Origin: Squalus acanthias
Lineage: Eukaryota
Direction: 5' to 3'
Length of the DNA: 64,000 bases
Assembly (NCBI GenBank): GCA_030390025.1
Contig: CM059431.1
Location: 119,662,001-119,726,000, forward strand
The notes beneath the pieces were generated by a model. It had not been told where the DNA came from. It saw only the letters and a list, made by a program, of their open reading frames with translations, and did no database searches. Within the stretch, counting starts at the first letter, position 1, and each line of letters opens with the position of its first letter. The position numbers and the translations under genes are program-made. Positions 50,561-63,052 of this stretch are shown here, one piece after another.

Positions 50561-52210
50561 TCAAAGGCCTTCATTTACCATCTAAGCCCTTGCAAGTGTC
50601 CAGCAGCACTCCCTACACACTTAAAAAACTTTTCATATCTATTGCAGAAAGCCACCACTTCAATAAAATTTAAAAAAACAGTCCAAAACTTTAAATCCAA
50701 ACTTACCTGCACGATGTGTATGTCCCTTTAAGAGGCGCAGACATCGCCACTGTCAGCCTGGGTTTACCTGGTGTGCTTCGGACCCAGGGCTGAAAGCGCT
50801 AGGGTCGAAGTCGGCGTTGCACACTGTTTGACATCACAACGCTGCCATTTGTTCTTTCAGGGCATTACCAGTTATTGGCAGCACAAAGGAGAGCACGAAT
50901 ATGGCGGCCGCCGCGGGACCCGCCACCAGCTGGCGAAAGAGCAGTGGTCGCCATTTTATCGCCATTTCATGGCGCTATGGAGTGGCGATAAGTAGATGAA
51001 TTTCTAGCCCTATGTTCCCAGAAGAAAATGAGAAAAAGAGACAAACACTAAGTACAGGTACTGTTTTTTACACAGATCACAGAATTACAAATGGTCAGAA
51101 AACTTGCATTTCCCAGACAGCAGACTCCAAGGGCCATCGCTTGCCAAATGGCAAATCTTGGTCCAGACGCGGCAAATAAATGTACAAAAGGATGAAAATT
51201 GACCGAGATCCTTGCACCTGAAAGTAAGAAAACACAGCCCTCACAGTTGCACTACAAAGGAAATGAAAACACTGGGAAAATCACACAGAGGACAACTGAT
51301 GTCCTGCAACTGCAGAGAACTGGCAACGGGATGCCATTTGTACAGTGGACAACGGTGATCACCAGACAAAAGGCACAGAGAGGAAACTGTGGAGCAAAAC
51401 ACAACAAACAAAATACACTGGCAGTTTCGCATGGAGCGTACCAAATGCACTGAACACAATATGAGGCATATAGTGAACTATGCTCAGAGACTGTCACACT
51501 GTGACAATAACCGTACCGACGGACTTTCACAGAGTGGGGACCTGAAGGGTTCCTCAAGATGAATTGCCATAATATACTATGCTTATGAAGACTAGTGCAA
51601 TGAAGAAAAATGCGAGGCCACATAGAGCAAGCACTAGTCTGACTACTATGATTAATGCAGTCGTTGGTGATACTACCATAAAGCACTTCTGAGGTTAAGG
51701 TGCGACTAATAGGAAGCCACGAATCACTACTGTGATTAAAGCAGCAAGGAATCCACAATCGGCTCATGTGTAGCACTACAAACTGCAAGCAAACAAGTCA
51801 CCAACTGTACTAGTAGCTACCACAGATTACTATTGAGGTTAACATGCAACTACTATGAACTCACAAAATACTACTGTGATTAAAGCGACAATCAATCCAC
51901 AATTTAAGCACAGATTGGTTTCTAGCAACACTACTATGAATTACTATTGAGGTTAACTACAAAGCAAAGCACAGCCAAAGGTACCAAGATCCAAGCAGCA
52001 AGTTGCAGCAGCTCCAGGCTCAGCCATCAGCAGGCAATGCAAGGCAGCAGCTCCGGGCTCCTCAGGCTCAGGTTTCAGGCTCGGCAACGCGATTCTACAG
52101 GCCCCACTTCCGGTTTTGTCATCGAGGATCGAGTGTGCGCATGTGCAGCTCTGGTATACAGTGCGTATGCGCAGAAGGCCGCAAATGTGTTTGTGCAAAT
52201 ATTCACAGCA

Positions 52211-52697
52211 CACATTATACTCCATCTGCCACCTTATTGCCCACTTACTTAACCTTTCTGTATCCCTTTGCAGGCTCTTTTGTGTCCTCCTCACAGCTTA
52301 GTTTCCCACCTAGCTTTGTATCATCAGCAAACTTGGATACATTGCACTCGGTCCCTTCATCTAAGTTACTAATATAGATTGTAAATAGCTGAGGCCCAAA
52401 CACTGATCCTTGCTGCACCCCAGTAGTTGCAGCCTGCCAACCCGAAAATGACCCATTTATGCCTATTCTCTGTTTTCTGTCCATTAACCAATCCTCAATC
52501 CATGCTAATATATTACCCCCAACCCCATGAGCCCTATCTTGTGTAGCAACCTGTTATGTGACACCTTATTGAATGCCTTTTCGAAGTCCAAATATACTAC
52601 ATCCACTGGTTCCCCTTTATCTACCCTGCTAGTTACATCCTCAAAAAAACTCTAATAAATTTGTTAAACACGATCTCTCTTTCATAAAACCATGTTT
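52211..52697 (-). mobile_element. CR1 continuation (RT region)
   Basis: ORF 52245-52484 reads RKQRIGINGSFSGW...SKFADDTKLGG. Confidence 0.85.
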
Positions 52698-53093
52698 ACT
52701 GTGCAAATTGGCTGCTGCGTTACCCATAACAACAGTGACTGCACTTGAAAAGTAATCCACTGACTGTTTTGGGACTTCAGGACATCCTGAGAATGTGATA
52801 AGGTGCAATATAAATGCAAGTTATTTCTTTATGTGATGGGCTGAAAGTATAATAGCTGGACAATGTTTATTAACAGCTACACAGAAGAAAATACCCAACC
52901 TTTTTAGATATTATTTTGTAGTTGACTAATAATTAAGATACTGAAGATTCATCAGAAATCTGTACATTTGGAAGAAATTAATGCTTATAGATACTGGAAC
53001 ACTTTTAAATCATAACAGCAAATGGGCCTTGTTTTTTGTACAATGTGTTTAATCTTTTATCTCCAGCTTATTAAATAGCACTCATATTTGGAT

Positions 53094-54721
53094 TGTAAGG
53101 GGTTTTGGCGTGCTTGTATCACAGACGGTGCTGGTGCGAGGTTAGGCCTTCGTTGCCTAATACTATTGCTTGCTCTGGTCTCCGGCCAGCCTTGTTGCAA
53201 TAAACACCTGTGAGTGGTTCGACCCACTCGCCCTTACGGTTCTAACACTGGACTTAGGTGCGAGAGCAGCAATGCAGAGAAAAACTCAAATAGACCCAGT
53301 TGAATAGTACGAAATGGAAATCTTTATTGCATAGCATCCAAGATCATGAAGTACATGTCATAGGCGCAAATTAACGAGAGTACAAGTATACATACATTCA
53401 TAAAGCTTGGTCTATGGTAATGAAGAACGCACGGCACATCGTAAAAAGGGGAACACATTATACTTTATCCTTAATAAAACCACCCTCCCCTATCAATACC
53501 TACACTACATCTAGATTTGTAGGATCGGGAAACATGCTCACCACTCGTGATACTTCGGAGAATTTTAAAGTGAGGCACTCGGCTCGTTTCGCTGCGGCGC
53601 CTGACTGTCACGTGTTTTGAGGGGTCTCTGTACCCCACTTGTTTATCTTCGCTGCTGCGGCAAGCAGGCCGGGCTCCCCGTTGTCATGAAGAACTCGACA
53701 GAACTCGGACACGGTTCGGAGAAGAGTCTTCCTGTGTCCGACACCGGTTGCCGGTAGAATTCGAAAAAGAGTCTTCCTGTCCCCGACACCGGTTTTCGGG
53801 GGACTTCAATGAAAAGTTATTTCTTGTATTTTCGGGCGTGGTCGGGGTTTACTGACCGCGGCGGCACGTGGATTCTTCTCCTCTTCTTCTCGTCTCGTCT
53901 CTTCTCGTCTCTTCGGGCCTTCGGGTCCAGACACCGTTTACCGACTCTCGGGATGGTGCACCCGGTCACTGGCCCTCGTTGAGGCGGCTTGTTCCGTTTG
54001 AGCTCCACCCAACATAGTCAACAGAGTCCAGAGAGAACACCGAAAACCGTCCGCAGTCAGCAGCGAGATAAGAGAATAAGGCCCCGAATCAAGAGAATAA
54101 GAGAGCGATGGACATTTGTTCACTATAGTTATAGTGCTGTGTTCCCTTATCTCCCACCCAAATCTTAATGTTTGTCCTTTGTGAAATATTGGCGCTCAAA
54201 ACTCCCAGCATGGGGCGATTCTTGTCTTTAACGGGTTTCGGTAGCACCTGAAACTGGCCAACTACCCGTTAATGTTCTCCCCATTGTTGGTCCAGCCAGG
54301 ATCGTATGAATCGTCTCCCTGACTGGTTTTGGGGGGCCCCCGAATGCTTGTTTAATCACCCGAGAATGGCTCTCTCATTGTAGAGCCGTGGGGGTATTTG
54401 TGTATTGATGTGTCTGGATGAGCCTTCGATTGCCCAGTACAATGGTCCTTACTTGTGCATGGAAAACGATTCCAGCACTTATATCTTTTGCTATTGTCAC
54501 AAATGCAAACAGGTTGCATCCTGTCTTATATTTGAAATGTATATTCGAACGCCATCTTGTCTGCCCACTGAAATTCTGGAAGCTTCTGCCACGATGCGCG
54601 GCGGCCATTTTACAGGCTTCTGTGTCCTTTATATCATGACAGCATTTCGTTTAAATAAACTGATCAAACAAATCTGCTTCTCTTTTGTTATTTTGAATCG
54701 CGATAATTGCGAAACTTTACA
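53094..54721 (-). mobile_element. Solo LTR (1628 bp)
   Basis: TGTAAG...TTTACA ends with GGAT TSD (53090-53093 and 54722-54725). Homologous to 31069-36816. Confidence 0.88.
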
Positions 54722-55599
54722 GGATTTAACAGCAGAAATATATCATGATCATAGTTAACTTGTACTTTATAATGCAAGCAATTTATAACCCTTAAGTACC
54801 ACTGTTCTCAGTAATTTTAATTTCAATATACCAATTTGAAATGACCAGGTATATTTTCAATAATCTAACATTTTGTCATGTTTCATTCTGTATTTTATCA
54901 AACTGATAGCTCTTTTTTTCCCCCTCACATGGCTATATATCAAATATTTGAACAGTAATTTATTGAGCAATGTGCGGTTTTAGAGATCGGGCTCATTGTG
55001 GGAATAGGAGTAATTGGATAGCTCTTTCAAAGAGTCGGCACAGGCACGATGGGATGAATGGCCTCCTTCTGTGCTGTATCATTCTACAATTCTATGAAAT
55101 GGATGAATGAAATCCTTTTACAATGCACACAAGATGTTAAAGGAGGTTGATCTGTATAAAAATGTCTAATAAACCTTTTTATTCTTTGTTCATTGACACA
55201 AAACCAAAGATGTAAATTGTAAAAGTCATTATTGCATCATTTTGTATGTGATAAAAATAAGGGGCAGCTCTTCTGCTTTTTCATCAAAGAAAGTAAAGTT
55301 CACACAGCATGTTTAAAAAAAAATAAGCATCCACTCTAAACTATATTTTTTCAAAAAAGGTTCTAATTTTGAGAACTCTGAAGACAATGCCAGATCCGGT
55401 TTAGGTTTACATTAGCCTGCTTGCACATTGTTAACTCCATTTAAATGGCATTCAGCTACAAGCGAGTTGAGAGTGACAGCACAAGCCTTCCAACATTAGA
55501 GATGTTACACTTTGGAAGAAACAATTGAGGGACACATTTACAGAATGAGTGGTGTTGAACTTCTCTAAAGGAGAAGATGAGAGAAATCTGGGAGGTGAT

Positions 55600-55840
55600 A
55601 GCAAACTGGGTTGTAGGGCTAGAGATAGGGAGGGGCGAGGCCATGGAGGAATTTGAACATGAGGATAAGAATTTTAAATTCAAGGCATGATCGGAAACCA
55701 ACATAGGGTAATGGATGAGTGGAACATAGGATGTGTGGGTTAGGATACGGGCAGCAGAGGTTTGAATGAGCTTATGGAGGGTGGAAGATGAGAAGCTGGC
55801 CAGGAGAGGATTGGAATAGTCGAGTCTGGAGGTAACAAAA
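55600..55840 (-). mobile_element. L2 LINE ORF2 C-terminal fragment
   Basis: FVTSRLDYSNPLLA...TLHKL-IQTSAARILT is typical of L2 ORF2. Confidence 0.75.
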
Positions 55841-56534
55841 CAGAATACAAGTGGATGTATAACACCAAGTCTATAGATAATATCACTGAGGACAATGTAG
55901 GAAACTGGCATGTAATTTTCCAGAAGTGCACTCAAAATGGAGTTTCAGCTTAAAGGAGTCCAACAAAATGGAGTAAGAAGATAAAAGGTGCTGGAAATTG
56001 GTGAAATCATGAAGGTTTATTTAAAGAAGATATTCCCTAAAAGCAATAGAAAGCATGGTGGAAGGCATAGACAGGAGATAGCTCACTAGTGGGACATAAA
56101 TATGTAATGCCTTATCTGGCCTGGTGTAGCAACCATTGTTAAAAGAAAGTTTGAGTAGTTAGGGACTTGGCAAGTCTAGGTATCCATGCATCATTAACTT
56201 GATATTTTCCAGGATACATATTGTTAGAACTGATTAAGAACATAAGAACATAAGAAATAGGAGCAGGAGTAGGCCATACGGCCCCACAAGCCTGCTCCAC
56301 CATTCAATAAGATCATGGCTGATCTTCGACCTCAACTCCACTTTCCCGTCCATTCTCCATATCCCTTGATTCCCCTAGAGCCCAAAAATATATCTATCCC
56401 AATCTTGAATATATTCAACGATTCAGCATCCACAGACATTTGGCGTAGAAAATTCCAAAGATTCACAGTGTGAGTCAATCAGTAATGACCACTCAGAGTT
56501 CTTGGACAAGACACAAATAGGCAGCAGCCAGTAT

Positions 56535-57825
56535 AGAACATAGAACATAGAACAGTACAGCACAGTACAGGCCCTTCGGCCCTCGATATTGTGCCGAGCA
56601 TTGTCCGAGACCAAGATCAAGCTATCACACTCCCTATCACTCTGGTGTGCTCCATGTGCTTATCCAATAACCGCTTGAAAGTTCCTAAAGTGTCCGACTC
56701 CACTATCACAGCACGCAGTCCATTCCACACCCCAACCACTCTCTGAGTAAAGAATCTACCTCGGACATCCCTTCTATATCTCCCCCCATGCACCTTATAG
56801 TTATGCCCCCTTGTAACAGCTGCCTCTACCCGAGGAAATAGTCTCTGAACATCCACTCTATCTATCCCCCTCATCATCTTATAAACCTCTATTAAGTCGC
56901 CTCTCATCCTCCTCCGCTCTAAAGAGAAAAGCCCCAACTCCCTCAATCTTTCCTCATAAGACCTCCCCCCCAAACCAGGCAGCATCCTGGTAAATCTCCT
57001 TTGCACTCTTTCCAATGCTTCCACGTCCTTCCTATAGTGAGGTGACCAGAACTGCACACAATATTCCAAATGTGGTCTCACCAAGGTCCTGTACAGTTGC
57101 AGCATAACCTCACGGTTCTTAAACTCAAACCCTCTGTTAATAAACGCCAACACACCATAGGCCTTCTTTACTGCTCTATCCACTTGAGTGGCAACCTTCA
57201 GAGATCTGTGGATATGAACCCCCAGATCCCTCTGCTCCTCCACGTTCCTCAGAACCCTGCCGTTGACCCTGTAATCCTTATTCAAATTTGCCCTACCAAA
57301 ATGAATCACCTCGCACTTATCAGGGTTAAATTCCATCTGCCATTTTTCGGCCCAGCTCTGCATCCTATCAATGTCTCTTTGCAGCCTACAACTGCCCTCC
57401 ACCTCATCCACTACTCCACCAATCTTGGTGTCATCAGCAAATTTACTGATCCACCCTTCAGTCCCCTCCTCCAAGTCATTGATAAAAATCACAAACAGCA
57501 GAGGACCCAGCACCGACCCCTGTGGCACACCGCTGGTAACTGGTCTCCAGTCCGAAAATGTTCCATCCACCACCACCCTCTGCCTTCTATGAGATAGCCA
57601 GTTACTTATCCAATCGGCCAAATTTCCCCCTATCCCACAACTCCTTACTTTCTTCATGAGACAACCATGGGGAACCTTATCAAACGCCTTACTAAAATCC
57701 ATGTATACGACATCAACTGCTCTACCTTCATCTACACACTTAGTTAGCTCCTCAAAGAATTCAATCAAATTTGTTAGGCAAGACTTACCCTTCACGAATC
57801 CGTGTTGACTATCCCTGATTAAGTT
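56535..57825 (-). mobile_element. Young 5'-truncated CR1 with an uninterrupted RT/C-terminal frame (ORF 56617-57885)
   Basis: Motifs QHGFVKGKSCLTNL, YMDFSKAFDKVPH, GVPQGSVLGP and KFADDTK. 8-bp TSD GCCAGTAT. Confidence 0.93.
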
Positions 57826-58470
57826 GCCAGTATGTTTGAGCAATAGATCAGATTTATTAAGCTTACAGCGTAATATACTTAACATTAGGCGATAGTAACG
57901 AATAGCTCGGAGCCCTTGGTTTCTGGTGCCCTTCAGACACAGGCAACGTCGTCGCAGGTCTGTTCCTTATCCTCGCAGCAAAGCTCTGTGTGAAACTGTT
58001 CTTTGAATATCGAGGTTTTAACCCATTCCTTATCAACAGTTCAGTTGGCCAGTGTCCATATATGGTTTTTAACAAAATCACCTTCTTTAATTGGTTCTAA
58101 TGGTCAAAATACCATTGTCACTCAGGTTAAGGCTAGTAACCTGGCCACTCCTTTTCCAGTACATTTTCATTAACTCTGTTCTGCTGTCGTGTTATCTTGT
58201 TTATAGCTTTTCACCCCATTGGAATTTACCATATCTCTTTCATTTCATGACTCAAGCAGTACAAGGCCTTTCTCTACACCAAGGACTGAGATCATTTCAT
58301 TGGTGTTTCACTAATCTTGATGTATCCAGACTATCTCACTTTAATCTACCAGATAAATACCTTAACTTCCATGATCTCTCTCATTTATTGGAATTTATAC
58401 TAATTATCCTTTAAATATTGTTGCAATTAGTTTTGTTAAGCTAATTCTAAGCTCTATACAGCATCATAAT

Positions 58471-59137
58471 GGGCCAAAAATTCGGCCCTTCCCGGGTGAG
58501 TACACAGTCCGTACTCACCCGTAATGCGTCCCGAAGTGCCGGTTTCCTGCATGCACTGCGCATGCGCGGGAAACCGGAACTTCCGGTATGGTGAAGGGGG
58601 CGGTTCCTAGGTGAACTGCGTGCGCGGTAGAGGCTGCAACAAGGTAAGTGGTTAATTAAGTATAATTTAAAAAAAATTTCAACAGGTTTATTTTTTTAGA
58701 TACTTTAAAGAAAGGTAAGTTTATTTTTATCACTTTTAAAAGGTATTTTAATTTTTTCAAAAATTTAAATTTTTGTTTAAAGTGGTTAATTTATTTAACT
58801 ATAGTTATTTTCTAACTGTGATGGGTTTTAAAAAATATATATTTTAAGTTTAGCTGTTCTTTTGGGGCCGATTTCAATTCACAGATTTGACAGGTCTCCT
58901 GTCAAATCTATGAATGAAAGATGGTCTGCTGCCATTGGCTCTCCATGGCCCACGTGATCCCAGGGGACACATCGCACTAACTACGCCCCTGGGACACGCA
59001 AGCACTGCGCGCCGGCACTTGGAGCAGGACCAGGAGCTGAAGTTCCCGTGGGCCCAAAACACAATGGCAGGTGCGGTAGGTAAGAGCGCGCGCGATCCTT
59101 ACCCCCGCGGCAAGCCGGAGAGGCGAATTTCTGGGCC
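58471..59137. mobile_element. Harbinger MITE (667 bp), family A-like ends
   Basis: TIR GGGCCAAAAATTCG / CGAATTTCTGGGCC, AAT TSD, and subterminal palindromes like those of family A. Confidence 0.85.
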
Positions 59138-60735
59138 AATATGTTTTTCTTAGCAATTTAATGATTTGACCTTCACTTGCAGTCTGTGGCTGTTTGTTAT
59201 CAAAACTTAGCCAAAACTGCTTTTGAACTGTCTGCAGCTACTTTTTGAACAAGTCTTAGCTTTCTAGTTACCCAGGAGTAATTATGGGTAATATTATTTG
59301 GTCAATGGCTACACTTAAAGTTATACATATATGATTCTTATCTATTAAATATCTTTAAATATCAGCTTTTCGTACAACAGCCCTGTATGTGAAGAAATTT
59401 CTCCTCATCTCAGTATTAAATGACCGACCCCTTATCCTGAGACTATGCCCCCTAGTTCTAGACTCTCCTGCCAGGGGAAACAACCTCTCAGCATCTACCC
59501 TGTCAGTTCCCCTCAGAATCTATTATGTTTCAATGAGATCACCTCTCATTCTTCTAAACTTGTCTATTCCAATGCTCTCCTGGGCAGCTTCTCCTTAACC
59601 AAATGAGGTGAATCCTTTGGACACATGTGTCACCCGATTGGTCAATTGAATGGAAACGGGTTTTTCTTTGAACTTAAGTATATAAGAGCATGCTTGGTAC
59701 ACCTCTCAGCAGATTCCAAAGTGAGGAGTTATGATGAGAGGGTTAAGGAGTCATCTGTTTCCTTGGCGTATTTGTCGGGATATCAAATCCAGTGTTCTTA
59801 TAGCAACATGTAAATGAGGTAAAGAAGGCAGCTAAGGATGGAGCTGGGGTATTCTGGAGTGGATCTTGCAGCGACAGTAAGAGTAACTACTGGTGGAGAT
59901 GTATTGGCTACATTAGAACATGTGGTAATGGAACCCTGTTAGGGCAGTCGGCAGATCAAGACCATGGAAAAGAGATGGTAGAGGAGGAGAGACTGTTAGA
60001 CTGTCCTGAGAAGTCAAGGAGGACCATTGCATTAAACATCATGATGAAATGTCCTCTTTTACTACAGATTATAATGATAACTAACAATGTGGATTGATTG
60101 ATGCATTATATCACAGCAGCAACTTTAGTGACAATCAGAATGCTGCAAAACTAGTCAGAACGTAATCACAAAGTGGAAAGGGATTGCTTTTCTGCTCAAT
60201 ATTTTTAAGATGTCTCTTTGTTCCTTCATTTTTCTATCCTGTGAGGATCACTGACACTTGCTTCTTCTAGTAAAGCAATGAAACACCAATGGAGATATGA
60301 AAATCAAATTGACTCGTCATTATGGGGACTTACTGGACAGTGGTAGCTTCTAGCTTCTAGTATTTGGAAGGACAGAGTATGGAATGCCTGTATTATAGTG
60401 AAGGAACCCTAATATTCTAGTTTCGATATGGTTATAATAATAGAAGACCATTTAAAATAAAGTTCAAAGTATTGAAAGTTTCTTGTGCAAATCAGGTGAA
60501 AGGGTTCTGCATAAGAAAGGAAAGGAGGAATTAAGCTTCATCTAGAAGGGTCAATCCTTGCCAGTAAGGTAGTAGAACAAAACAAGGATTTTTACGACAA
60601 GCATATTCAAAACATTGATTTAAAATTAGGCAACTAATTAAAATGGAATTTCTTCCTTAAGTAAAGGCAAATAGGCCAAAGAGCAGCAGAAAGGAAGAAC
60701 AAATGAGAATAGAGGACTAATGAGCTTAGTGGAAT

Positions 60736-60875
60736 TTTTTTTTTATTCATTGGATGTGGGTGCCACTGGCAGGGCCGGCATTTATTATCCATCCCTAATT
60801 GCCCTTGGTGATGGTGGTGAGCCGCCTTTTTGAACTGCTGCAGTCTGTGTGGTGAAGGTGAAGGTACTCCCACAG
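60736..60875 (-). mobile_element. Short non-LTR retrotransposon 3' end
   Basis: Matches the 11657-12035 family tail. Confidence 0.65.
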
Positions 60876-61875
60876 TGACTTTGTCACAGTGACTTTGTCA
60901 CAACTGAGTGGCTTGTTACACCATTTCAGAGGGCAGTTTAGAGTCAACCACATTGCTGTGGGTCCAGAGTCACATGTAGGCCAAGCCAGGTAAGGATGGG
61001 CAGATTTCCTTCTCTAAAGGCTGTTAGTAAACCAGATGGGTTTTTAACAACAATCATGGTCACCATTACTGATACTAGCTTTTATATTCCAGATTTATTC
61101 AATTAACTTATTTTTAATTTCCCCAGCTACCATGGTGGGATTCTGAGCTCACAGTCTCCCGATCATTACCCCCAAGCCACTGGATTCCTAGTCCCATAAC
61201 ATAACCACTACGCACCGTTCACGGTGTTTTGCTGTGCTGCATTGACTGTAGTATTGAATGAGTGTAACGAGCGAACTATAGATGAAGGCATGTTCTGCAA
61301 GGTTCTCTTTTTCATCATTTTAAAATCTATTGTGACATTCAAAGTGTTATTATGCAAATTATTAATCACTGCACCGCTAAATGATTGAACCATTTACAAG
61401 CCTCAGCCATTCCTTTCCCAGACAACTTTTTTTGGATTTAAAACCTTAGCTTGGCATCACTTTATCACTACTGTTTGATTTATCTCATCTTGTTTTATTA
61501 TTTTCCACTATGGTGGTGCCCTGCACTATGAATCTTGGACCTTCACCTTGCCTTCTCAACAATAGCAGTAATAATAAAAATCTTAGGTAAACTGTACTGG
61601 TTATCTTGCAGATTAAGCCTCTGCAGTCATAAAATATCTGCTAAAATACCATCTAGTTGTCTTTCTATATACAAAGAATATTAGATAGAATTATTCTACC
61701 TTGCCTTGTGCTGTAGAAAATGAAATAATTTTTAGATATAAATAGCTGCTACTGAAGTGTTTTCATGAGCATTGAAAAGGTCAAGATTGGATCAGACACC
61801 TTCAGAGACTAATGTCTGGAGAAAAGGAGCAGGCAAGGGTGGATATTTAGTTAAACCAACAAAATCTACAGCTAC

Positions 61876-62074
61876 ACAATAGCAAAATACTGGGGATGCT
61901 GGAAATCTGAAATAACAACAGAAAATGCTGGAAACACTCAGCACGTCAGCATCCGTGGAGAGAGAAACAGAGTTAACGTTTCAGGTCTGTGACCCTTCGT
62001 CAGAACATTAACTCTGTTTCTCACTCCACGAATGCTGCCTGACCTGCTGAGTGTTTCCAGCATTTTCTGTTGTT
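61876..62074. mobile_element. Penelope-type inverted-repeat insertion with a 15-bp TSD
   Basis: AAAATCTACAGCTAC on both sides. ~61914-61975 and ~62008-62074 are inverted repeats. Confidence 0.7.
61971..62006 (-). ncRNA. Minimal type I hammerhead ribozyme motif
   Basis: The minus strand reads GUU-CUGACGA-AGGGUCACAGACCU-GAAACGUU-AAC: both conserved boxes, stem II, palindromic ACGU and a short stem I. Confidence 0.6.
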
Positions 62075-62957
62075 AAAATCTACAGCTACTATTTTATTGA
62101 CAGAGTTAGAGTAAATGACCCATAATCTGCAGTCTATGCACAGACAATTAAATCTGGATATAATTGTGAAACCATTTGTTACTATCATAACGGTTGTGTA
62201 GAAGTGTTACCTTGAGAAATCTTTGCCAAAATAACCAAACTTTTTAGATTGTGACAGGCTGTAGATGTCAGTGTTTTATTACATACATGTCAGTGTAATG
62301 TCTGTCATGAAACTAATGAAGAAAAATGCAAGCATAACTTCATACTAACTGGAGAAATTTCTACATATTCACTATATATCTACAGAGGTCTGACTATGAA
62401 TATAAGTTGATGGTTCTTGACATTGTTGTGCTGAAGAATTAATTTTCAGGAAGGAGCACTTAGCTATCCTGGTATATCAACTTCACCAAGTAATGGACAG
62501 GAGCTTGTCTTCAGAATGAGACCTGCTTCCATCAACCTATGAAGCTAAATGTTTATATGTGTACACTTCCGATGCAGAGCCTTGCCCACCTTGAGCACAC
62601 ATTAGGAATTGCGGGCATGCTCCCCATGGATGGAAAATTATCACTACGATTTCCCAATACGTGCTCCCGGCAGGCAAAGCTCTCTGCTGGGAGTATCTGC
62701 TCACAAAATCTACCTTATGGTGTCAGTTCTTCCCTCTTGTAGGACTATATTGCATTGTCTGTACCCATATACAGAGTAGTTCATTAGAAATCAGATTAGA
62801 ATGATTTAAGAATTTTTTACCGTTTTAGTTTTCATCAGAAAGCAAAAAGACGATTCATCCCACCAAATGTATTCCTTTCACAGAACACGCACAATTTGCA
62901 CTGCTTTACTGCTTTGTTCTGTTCCTTTTTACATGCTGTTTAATTGTAATATCTTCC

Positions 62958-63052
62958 ACTTCTGATGAAGAGTCCCCACCTGAAACACTAACTTGTCTGT
63001 CCTCTCTGATGGACCTGCTGAATGTATCCAGCAATGTTTGCTGTGTTTCAGA
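62958..63052 (+). mobile_element. Degenerate Penelope-type fragment with hammerhead boxes
   Basis: CTGATGAAGAGTCCCCACCTGAAAC...GACCTGCTGAATGTATCCAGCA. Confidence 0.5.

Larger units (their letters stand above)
48492..51010 (+). mobile_element. Old Harbinger derivative related to 15111-17267
   Basis: Ends GGGGGAGAAATTC / GAATTTCTAGCCC with TCT/TAT flanks. Myb remnants RRMWEYITEAVIASSVAPTIWLQCPKKLHEL and SQHPSTSHTTASG. Confidence 0.75.
38991..52210 (-). mobile_element. Large (~13.2 kb including nested inserts) putative Mutator/MULE-like DNA transposon
   Basis: Cleanly splits a CR1. Imperfect inverted ends GCTTATTATATTTGCA / TGCAAATATTCACAGC and a short CAC(A) duplication. Contains a MULE transposase pseudogene. 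Confidence 0.65.
56469..59376. mobile_element. Solo LTR (~0.94 kb net) carrying a nested CR1 and a MITE
   Basis: TGTGAG...CGTACA ends with ACAG TSD (56465-56468 and 59377-59380). Confidence 0.75.
56235..59560 (-). mobile_element. CR1 3' fragment (56235-56468 plus 59377-59560) split by a solo LTR
   Basis: GATTCACAG|CCCT...GAAGAAATTTCTCCTCATCTCAG rejoins across the insertion. Confidence 0.8.

Noticed and set aside
31069..54721. One giant provirus bounded by the two 1.6-kb LTRs
   Set aside because: Each LTR has its own, different TSD, and no retroviral genes lie between them.
62539..62742. Short ORF and hairpin as exon or ncRNA
   Set aside because: No identifiable family features.
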